Shown here: in pieces, positions 54,456 to 64,000 of the stretch
Numbering within the stretch: position 1 is the stretch's first letter
Layout of the letters: every line of letters begins with the position of its first letter
DNA from: Gemmatimonadota bacterium
Lineage (GTDB): Bacteria; Gemmatimonadota; Gemmatimonadetes; Palauibacterales; Palauibacteraceae
NCBI GenBank assembly: GCA_046757485.1
Contig: JBHHYJ010000002.1
Location: 8,073 to 72,072 of the forward strand
Direction of reading: 5' to 3'
Length of the DNA stretch: 64,000 bases
Program-made: the position numbers and the translations under genes
The notes under the pieces: model-generated
Seen by the model: the letters and a program-made list of their open reading frames with translations, nothing else
The model's database searches: none
Told to the model about the DNA's origin: nothing

Positions 54456-56261
54456 ATGATGAGACGACGGACCCGATCCCGGCACCGTACCGCAACCACC
54501 CCGCTCGAGGATGGGGTCGACCGCCAGGGCCGCCGGAAGGGCCGGGTGGGCTCCGCGGGAGTCCCTCTCCTCGTGGCCCTCGCCGCGTGCGGAAGCGAGC
54601 AAACCGTGAAGGAGAGCGCCCCCGGTGTGAGCCCCGGAGGAGAGGTCCAGCTCGCGGAGGGGGTCGATGCCTCCGCCCTCGCCCGACGGGTGGAGCAGTT
54701 CGCCCCGGTCACCTTGACGTTCGACGCCTCGCTGCTGGACGTGCGCCAGAAGGGCGTCCTCAAGAAGCTGGTCGAGGCCTCCGACCGCCTCCAGCGCGTC
54801 TTCCTCCGCCAGGTGTGGCGGAAGAACCCGGCCCTGGCGGACGCCCTGGCGGACGCCACGGGCCCGGGCGCGGAGCCCGCCCGCCGCTACTACGAGATCA
54901 TGGCCGGGCCGTGGGACCGGCTGGCCGAGGACGAGCCGTTCCTGGCCGTCGGCCCGAAGCCGCCCGGCGCCGGCTACTACCCGGAGGACGCGACGAAGGA
55001 GGAGATCGAGGCGTGGCTCGACGCCCGCCCCGAGGACCGGGAGGCGTTCACCTCCTACTACACGGTGATCGAGCGGACGGAGGACGGGGGGCTCCGGGCC
55101 GTCCCGTACAGCGAGGCGTACGGGGAGGAGCTGGCGGCGGCGGCCGGCCTGTTGAGGGAGGCAGCGGAGCTGGCCGAGAATCCATCGCTCAAGCTCTTCC
55201 TCGAGACCCGGGCCGACGCGCTCCTCTCCAACGACTACTTCGAGAGCGAGGTCGCCTGGATGCGCCTGAAGGAGAACCTCCTCGACCCGACGATCGGCCC
55301 GTACGAGGTGTACGAGGACAACCTCTTCGGCTACAAGGCGGCGTTCGAGTCCTTCCTAGCGATCCGAGATCCCGAGGAGAGCCGGAAGCTGGCCGCGCTC
55401 GTGAGCCACCTGCCCGAGCTCGAGCGGGCCCTGCCGATCCCCGACGAGCACAAGAACCTGGACCGCCCCTTCACCTCCCCCATCTCCGTGGTGACCGAGG
55501 TGTACACGGCCGGCGACACGCGGGCCGGGGTCCAGACGCTCGCCTTCAACCTGCCGAACGACCCCCGGGTACGGGAGCAGGAGGGCTCGAAGAAGGTGAT
55601 GCTGAAGAACGTGGTGGAGGCGAAGTTCGAGAAGATCCTCCGGCCGATCGCCGGGCAGGTGATGGACGGCGGCCAGGCCGAGGAGATCACCTTCGAGCCG
55701 TACTTCACCCGCATCGTGATGCACGAGCTGGCCCACGGGCTGGGGCCCGACTACGTGACCGGCCGGCCCGACCTCACGGTGAACAAGGCGCTCCAGGACC
55801 GCTACTCCGCCATCGAGGAGGCGAAGGCCGACGTGGTGGGCACTCACAGCCTCGGCGTGCTGGGGAAGCGGGGCGTGTACGACGCGGAGTTCGTCCGGCA
55901 GGTGCATCTCAGCCACGCGGCCGACCTCTTCCGCTGCGTGCGCTTCGGCGTGAGCGAGGCGCACGGCAAGGGCTGCCTCATGCAGTTCAACTACCTCGTG
56001 GACCGCGGGGCGCTGGAGTACGAGCCCGACGGGGGCACGTTCCGGCTGGAGGTGGAGAGGATGTCCGCGGCGATCGCGACCCTGGCCCGGGAGTTCCTCC
56101 TGCTGGAGGCCACCGGAGACTACGAGGCCACCGGCGCCTTCCTGCAGCGCTACGGGGGAGAGATCCCCGAGAGCCTCCGGGCCGCCCTCGACAAGCTCGC
56201 CTCCGTCCCGGTGGACATCGCCCCCCGCTACGCCGTCAGGGAGCTGATGTCGGAGTGGTAA
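54456..56261 (+). CDS. Zinc metallopeptidase lipoprotein, DPP III (M49)-like
   Basis: Lipobox [19 protein letters not shown] followed 28 aa later by EEAKADVVG resembles the M49 HExxGH...EExxAE arrangement. 601 aa. Confidence 0.45.
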   Translation: MMRRRTRSRHRTATTPLEDGVDRQGRRKGRVGSAGVPLLVALAACGSEQTVKESAPGVSPGGEVQLAEGVDASALARRVEQFAPVTLTFDASLLDVRQKGVLKKLVEASDRLQRVFLRQVWRKNPALADALADATGPGAEPARRYYEIMAGPWDRLAEDEPFLAVGPKPPGAGYYPEDATKEEIEAWLDARPEDREAFTSYYTVIERTEDGGLRAVPYSEAYGEELAAAAGLLREAAELAENPSLKLFLETRADALLSNDYFESEVAWMRLKENLLDPTIGPYEVYEDNLFGYKAAFESFLAIRDPEESRKLAALVSHLPELERALPIPDEHKNLDRPFTSPISVVTEVYTAGDTRAGVQTLAFNLPNDPRVREQEGSKKVMLKNVVEAKFEKILRPIAGQVMDGGQAEEITFEPYFTRIVMHELAHGLGPDYVTGRPDLTVNKALQDRYSAIEEAKADVVGTHSLGVLGKRGVYDAEFVRQVHLSHAADLFRCVRFGVSEAHGKGCLMQFNYLVDRGALEYEPDGGTFRLEVERMSAAIATLAREFLLLEATGDYEATGAFLQRYGGEIPESLRAALDKLASVPVDIAPRYAVRELMSEW

Positions 56262-56322
56262 GGCGCGGTGCCGGGCGCGAAGCTTCCCACTGACGATCAC
56301 GCCCGATAGCTTCCCTCCCCCG

Positions 56323-59586
<3,264 letters not shown>

Positions 59587-59779
59587 CCGGAGGCTCCGGA
59601 CGGGCTGTCGGGCCCGGCCCCGCGAGATCCCGAAGGGTGGTTGGATCGTTGCGCGGCAGGCTCGCTCAGCCGCGCGGGCGGAAGTCGGTCTCGCAACCCC
59701 TACTCGGAAGCGCTATTCTGGGGTCGTTCCTTTCGCCCCGGAGCCGCGACCGCGGCCTACTCCAGCACCGGAGGCCCCC

Positions 59780-60286
59780 ATGTGGAGAAGCATCCGAAGG
59801 CTCTCGTTCCTGTCGCTCGCCGCTGCCCCGCTCGCCGCCTGCTATGGGGAAGAAGGCGAACCGGCCGTGGACGTGGAGGCCGAGGCACAGACCATACGCA
59901 CGATTTCGCAGCAGTGGCTGGAGTACCAGCGCGCGCGCGACGCCGCCTCCATTGCGGGCCTCTTCGCCGAGGACGGAGTCGGCCTGTACCCGGACAATGA
60001 CCCGTGGGAGGGGCCGTCGGGCGTCCAGGCGGGTCAGGAGGAGGAGTTCGCCGAGTTCCCCGCCGTCGAGTGCGATTGGTCCACCGTCTCCGTGGAGGTC
60101 GACCCCGGCGGCCGAATGGCCTGGGAGCGCGGCGAGTTCACCTGCGACCCGGACGGGCCGGGGGCTCTCGGAGCCGACTCCGGCAGCTACCTCACGGTCT
60201 ACAAGAAGATCGGCGGAGAGTGGAAGGTCGCCGCCGACATCTCCACGACCCACCACCCGGGAACCCCGGCCGAGAGCGAGGGCTAG
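59780..60286 (+). CDS. NTF2-like (SnoaL/DUF4440-type) lipoprotein
   Basis: Lipobox LAACYG. IRTISQQWLEYQRARDAASIAGLFAEDGV...YLTVYKKIGGEWKVAADISTT is the DUF4440/SnoaL-like pattern. GGAGG RBS. Confidence 0.6.
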   Translation: MWRSIRRLSFLSLAAAPLAACYGEEGEPAVDVEAEAQTIRTISQQWLEYQRARDAASIAGLFAEDGVGLYPDNDPWEGPSGVQAGQEEEFAEFPAVECDWSTVSVEVDPGGRMAWERGEFTCDPDGPGALGADSGSYLTVYKKIGGEWKVAADISTTHHPGTPAESEG

Positions 60287-60448
60287 CCGCTGTTGACAAG
60301 CACGTTCCCGCCGGGCGCTCTCCGCAGGCTGGCGCCCGGCCGGTAGACGCGGGGCCCGCGCTCGATCCGTGACTCGCCGGCCCTCTCCCTGTCCCAGAGC
60401 TGCGACCTCCTGTTTTGTAAACTGTCCTTGCCAGTATGACAAGTCTGC

Positions 60449-60477
60449 TTGACATCATGTGAAGGTAGCATTACATT
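60449..60477 (+). promoter_or_regulatory. Sigma70-like promoter: TTGACA, 17-nt spacer, TACATT, in a locally AT-rich (~45% GC) intergenic stretch upstream of the membrane-protein/XRE locus
   Basis: Read directly from sequence. A second TTGACA-like copy (tgacaa) lies about 15 nt upstream, and an imperfect inverted repeat CTTGCCAgtatGACAAG is at about 60429-60445. Confidence 0.45.
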
Positions 60478-60553
60478 CCCGCTGCGGATTAAGAGAGCGG
60501 GCGACCTTCACGTCGTCCCTGCCCTGCTAGCAACGACCGGACGGAGGAGGAAG

Positions 60554-60958
60554 ATGACCGTGTGCGCGGAAGGGGACCGCCGGGCCGTCGCCGCGAGGGC
60601 GGCGCGGACGCTCGGCGCTGCCTGCGTGGCCGCCCTGATTATTCTGGTGGCCTCCTGGTTCGAGAAGGGTGAGCCGACGGGCACGACCCTGCGCTACCTC
60701 CTCGCCGGCGTCCAGATCGCGGCCGGCGTCCTGGCCGTGATCGCCATGGCGCGCTGGAGCCCGTGCGGGGATGAGCTCCAGCGCCGCATCCGGCTCGAGG
60801 CGCTCTCCTTCGCCTTCTGGAGCACGGCGGTGGCCACCTTCAGCTACAGCTTCCTGCACGACGCGGGGCTCCCGGAGGTGGACTATGCCATGATCTTCCC
60901 GGCGATGATGCTCCTCTACGCTCTGGGGACCGGGGTCGCCTGGCGGCGCTACCGATGA
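60554..60958 (+). CDS. Small integral membrane protein (DUF2975-like), paralogue A
   Basis: GGAGGAGGAAG then ATG at 60554. Four predicted TM helices. Shares DELQRRIRLEALSFAF with the ORF at 61377-61808. Confidence 0.5.
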   Translation: MTVCAEGDRRAVAARAARTLGAACVAALIILVASWFEKGEPTGTTLRYLLAGVQIAAGVLAVIAMARWSPCGDELQRRIRLEALSFAFWSTAVATFSYSFLHDAGLPEVDYAMIFPAMMLLYALGTGVAWRRYR

Positions 60959-61031
60959 GCACCGGTCCCCGACAGCGGTACGGCCGGCAGCGGCAGGGCT
61001 GCGCCGAGCAGCGGAGCGGGCGCGCCCGGCC

Positions 61032-61274
61032 ATGGAGCAGGACCTCGCGATGCCGGAGCGGGCGGCGGGGCCGGTGAAAAACCGCCTCCGAGTCCTGCGG
61101 GCGGAGAGGGAGTGGACCCAGGAGGAGCTGGCGGCGCGGCTGGGTGTCTCCCGTCAGACGGTCCACGCGATCGAGGCGCGGAAGTACGACCCGAGCCTTC
61201 CCCTGGCGTTCAAGATCGCCGAGACGTTCGAGCGGCCGATCGAGGAGATCTTCGAACCGGATCGTGCAAGGTAG
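61032..61274 (+). CDS. Short XRE-family helix-turn-helix transcriptional regulator (YozG-like)
   Basis: 80 aa. LRVLRAEREWTQEELAARLGVSRQTVHAIEARKYDPSLPLAFKIAETF is a canonical Cro/C1-type HTH. Confidence 0.8.
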   Translation: MEQDLAMPERAAGPVKNRLRVLRAEREWTQEELAARLGVSRQTVHAIEARKYDPSLPLAFKIAETFERPIEEIFEPDRAR

Positions 61275-61376
61275 CCCGCCCGCGGTCGACGACCGCGTCG
61301 ATCGCGACAGCGACCGGGACAGACGGTGCGAGACAGGGAAAGACGAGACACGGAAAAGCGACGAGGAGTTCTTCCG

Positions 61377-61808
61377 ATGCAGACCGACGCACTCGAGTCC
61401 GGCAAGCCGAGTGAGCTGCCCCTCCTGGTGGCCGCCGGAATGCTCATCGTACTGTATATGGTCGTGAAGCTGGCCATCGCAGCGGGCGATCTGCCCGGCC
61501 CGGTCCGGCTGGCGCGAGGACTGCTTCCGGCCACCGCGATAGGCCTCGGGATCCTGGCCGAGCTCCGCCTCGTCCGTCGGCTGGACGAGCTTCAGAGGCG
61601 GATCCAGCTCGAGGCGCTGGCGTTCGGATACCCGACGGCCCTGCTCATCTTCGTGGCGATCCGCTTCCTACAGGCGGACGGGTTCCTGGCCGGCTGGGAG
61701 CTCGGCGACGTGTGGCCTTTCATCCCGTTTCCGTACGCGCTCGGGCTCTGGCTGGCCGTGCGGCGATACACTCCCACCACACACGCGAACGACGAGGAAG
61801 AGAGATGA
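61377..61808 (+). CDS. Small integral membrane protein (DUF2975-like), paralogue B
   Basis: GAGGAG then ATG at 61377 (the track ORF starts at 61326 with a charged 17-aa extension). DELQRRIQLEALAFGY is shared with paralogue A. Its stop overlaps the next gene as ATGA. Confidence 0.5.
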   Translation: MQTDALESGKPSELPLLVAAGMLIVLYMVVKLAIAAGDLPGPVRLARGLLPATAIGLGILAELRLVRRLDELQRRIQLEALAFGYPTALLIFVAIRFLQADGFLAGWELGDVWPFIPFPYALGLWLAVRRYTPTTHANDEEER

Positions 61809-63388
61809 GTCAGAGGAACACGATGAAGAGGAAGTCGATGGAGCTCGCACCGGCCTCGGCGGCACGAGCGGGGCTGCTCGCCGCCGGGTGGCTGGCCGCC
61901 GCCGGGTGGCTGGCCGCTCCCGACCCTTTGGCCGCCGCCGCACTGCGTGCCGCTCCCGGCCCGCTGGCCGCCCAATCCGCCCGGGGGGCGTCCGACCAGG
62001 AGATCCCGCCGCAGATCGTCGGCACGTGGCTGGGAACGCTCACCGTCCAGGCGGGGATCGAGCTCCGAATCGTCTTCCACATCGACGCGGGGGAGGAGGA
62101 CGGCTTCACGGCCACCCTCGACAGCCCCGACCAGGGAGCCACGGGGATTCCCGTCGACAGCGTGGAGTTCGACGGAACCACCGTCCACCTCACCCTCGCC
62201 GCGATTCGCGGCGCCTACGAGGGAACTCTGCAGCCCGACGGTGAGCACCTGGAGGGAGAGTGGACCCAGGGAGGCGCTTCGCTTCCGCTGGACCTGGAGA
62301 GGGTGGAGAAGGTCGAGGCGGCCCGGCGCCCGCAGGAGCCGAAGCCTCCGTTTCCGTACGCCTCCGAGGAGGTGCGCTTCCCGAACCCGGAGGCGGGAAT
62401 CGAGCTCGCCGGCACCCTGACGCTCCCCGAGGGAGAGGGTCCGTTCCCCGCCGCCGTGCTCATCTCGGGCTCCGGACCGCAGGACCGCGACGAGGCTCTC
62501 CTCGGACACAGGCCGTTCCTCGTCCTCTCCGACTACCTCACCCGGCACGGGATCGCGGTGCTCCGGTTCGACGACCGGGGGGTGGGAGAGTCCGGCGGCC
62601 GTTTCGCGGATGCCACCACGGAGGACTTCGCCGGCGATGCGCTGGCGGCCGCCGCTCATCTCCGGAGCGTTCCGCGAGTGGACCCGGAGGGTATCGGGCT
62701 CATCGGACACAGCGAGGGAGGTCTCATCGCTCCGCTGGCTGCCGCGAGATCGGATTCCATCGCCTACGTCGTCCTGATGGCGGGGCCGGGCCTGCCGGGC
62801 GAGGAGATCCTCTACCTCCAGGGGGAGGCGATTCTCCGGGCGAACGGAGTGAGCGAAGAGATGATCGCGGGACAGCGCAGCGTACAGGAGGGGATGTTCG
62901 CCATCGTGCGGGAGGAGACGGACGCCGAGGCGCGGAACGCGCATCTCCGCGAGTACCTGGCGATGCGCCTCGCGGAGCTGACCCCGGAGGAGAAGGCCGC
63001 CGCCCAGATCCCGGATGACGTCGAGGGCTGGATCACCGCCCAGGTGGCGCGAGTGGGAACCGAGTGGTTCCGCTTCTTCCTGACCCACGACCCACGGCCG
63101 GTGCTCCGGCGGGTCGCCGTGCCGGTGCTGGCGATCAACGGCGAGCTGGACCTCCAGGTGCCGGTCGCCGAGAACCTCCCTGCCGTGGAGGCGGCGCTCC
63201 GAGACGGCGGCAATCCGGACGTCACCGCCCTCGAGCTGGAGGGCCTGAACCACCTCTTCCAGCACGCGCAAACCGGCTCGCCCGCCGAGTACGGCCGCAT
63301 CGAGGAGACGTTCGCGCCGGAGGCGATGCAGGCGATCGCCGACTGGATCTCGGCGCGCTTTGCAACCCCCGGCGCCCCCGGCTCGTAG
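61805..63388 (+). CDS. Secreted alpha/beta hydrolase (dienelactone hydrolase/S9-like)
   Basis: Signal peptide with a repeated AAGWLAA segment. Nucleophile elbow GHSEGG. Upstream codons of the track ORF are rejected. Confidence 0.75.
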   Translation: MSQRNTMKRKSMELAPASAARAGLLAAGWLAAAGWLAAPDPLAAAALRAAPGPLAAQSARGASDQEIPPQIVGTWLGTLTVQAGIELRIVFHIDAGEEDGFTATLDSPDQGATGIPVDSVEFDGTTVHLTLAAIRGAYEGTLQPDGEHLEGEWTQGGASLPLDLERVEKVEAARRPQEPKPPFPYASEEVRFPNPEAGIELAGTLTLPEGEGPFPAAVLISGSGPQDRDEALLGHRPFLVLSDYLTRHGIAVLRFDDRGVGESGGRFADATTEDFAGDALAAAAHLRSVPRVDPEGIGLIGHSEGGLIAPLAAARSDSIAYVVLMAGPGLPGEEILYLQGEAILRANGVSEEMIAGQRSVQEGMFAIVREETDAEARNAHLREYLAMRLAELTPEEKAAAQIPDDVEGWITAQVARVGTEWFRFFLTHDPRPVLRRVAVPVLAINGELDLQVPVAENLPAVEAALRDGGNPDVTALELEGLNHLFQHAQTGSPAEYGRIEETFAPEAMQAIADWISARFATPGAPGS

Positions 63389-63437
63389 GGATGCCCGTGC
63401 CGACGCCCGAAACCGATCTCCCGAACCGCGAACCCGC

Positions 63438-64000
63438 GAGGCAACCGTGAAGACCCATCGGATCCGACCAACGAAGTCCCGTCCCCCCGCGCGACCGGCG
63501 GCCCGGGTCGGGATCCTTTCCGCCCTCCCCCCGCTCGCGCTGCTCGGCGTCACCGCGTGCGGCGGAGAATCGCGCACCGACTCCGGAGAGATCGCCGAGG
63601 CGATCCCGCCCGTGATCCCGGTTCAGCAGTTCTTCGACAACCCGGAGATCGCAGGGGCCCAGATCTCGCCGGACGGCGAACGGGTCTCCTACCTGAAGCC
63701 GTACCGGGGGAAGTTGAACATCTTCCTCCGCCCCGCGGGGGGCGAGGAGGAGCGCCGCATGACGTCGGACACGATCCGGCCCGTCGTCGGCTACTTCTGG
63801 TCGGCGGACGCGAGCCGTCTGCTGTACGTACAGGACAAGGGCGGCAACGAGAACTATCACGTGTACGGCGTGCCCGTCGCCGGCTCCGAGGAGGCGCCGC
63901 AAGCGACCGACCTCACCCCGTTCGAGGGGGCGCGGGCCATCATCTTCGATGTGCCCCGGGAGACGCCGGAGAAGATCCTCATCGGCCTGAACCGGCGCGA
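63438..64000 (+). CDS. S9 family peptidase (prolyl oligopeptidase/dipeptidyl aminopeptidase-like), N-terminal beta-propeller part. The gene continues past the window end.
   Basis: GTG start at 63438. Lipoprotein-like LLGVTACGG. PVIPVQQFFDNPEIAGAQISPDGERVSYLKPYRGKLNIF is the typical start of the S9 N-terminal domain. Confidence 0.55.

Noticed and set aside
61592-63577. 661-aa minus-strand ORF
   Set aside because: Antisense to the alpha/beta hydrolase gene. Low-complexity.

Overview
High-GC (~70%) bacterial chromosomal window, densely coding on both strands. Many genes are translationally coupled through ATGA/GTGA start-stop overlaps. I support about 58 protein-coding genes and see no rRNA, tRNA, CRISPR array or obvious transposase or integrase.

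Main blocks:
1. 1-3.8 kb: DUF59/SufT tail, FxsA, a Met/His-rich secreted protein, a multicopper oxidase with degenerate trinuclear-site ligands, and a cupredoxin whose start overlaps the oxidase stop.
2. 4.07-8.34 kb: three tandem, highly similar secreted LVIVD-type beta-propeller paralogues, followed by a 5'-truncated subtilase (S8) remnant and an RCC1-repeat lipoprotein.
3. 10.4-16.4 kb: a second, four-domain multicopper oxidase with apparently permuted copper-motif order, co-transcribed with a secreted hypothetical protein. Next to it is a 1012-aa SARP/BTAD regulator with a transmembrane segment and TPR region, flanked at both ends by identical-architecture palindromes CGTTAGC-N5-GCTAACG.
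4. 16.6-23.5 kb: a membrane-anchored di-haem cytochrome c plus a divergent haem-copper-oxidase-superfamily subunit, then a DUF360 holin-like protein, GAF/fRMsr-like protein, DoxX, ZIP transporter and a Tat-secreted two-domain multicopper oxidase.
5. 23.8-27.6 kb: a translationally coupled cassette of SAM-methyltransferase, FAD oxidoreductase, SRPBCC protein and ketoacyl-ACP synthase.
6. 27.7-43 kb: housekeeping genes (queG, nth, M50/CBS protease, SNF transporter, glycine-tRNA ligase, GDPD, dinB, HD-domain protein and others).
7. 41.7-53.5 kb: a tryptophan-catabolic supercluster. It holds tryptophanase, tryptophan 2,3-dioxygenase, kynureninase, a bifunctional FAD-monooxygenase/OYE-reductase (2-aminobenzoyl-CoA monooxygenase/reductase-like), acyl-CoA dehydrogenase, enoyl-CoA hydratase, RidA, an SDR, a creatininase/ArfB-family amidohydrolase (candidate non-orthologous kynurenine formamidase) and a divergent benzoate/2-aminobenzoate-CoA ligase.
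8. 53.7-64 kb: a small membrane ORF, a TonB-C lipoprotein carrying a GQTAEP x3 tandem repeat, an M49-like lipoprotein peptidase, carB, an NTF2-like lipoprotein, an XRE (YozG-type) regulator flanked by two paralogous membrane proteins behind a conspicuous AT-rich sigma70-like promoter, an alpha/beta hydrolase and a partial S9 peptidase.

Coordinates of refined starts are derived from residue indices in the ORF track and may be off by a few nucleotides. Many long ORFs in the track are antisense or alternative-frame artefacts of the high GC content.
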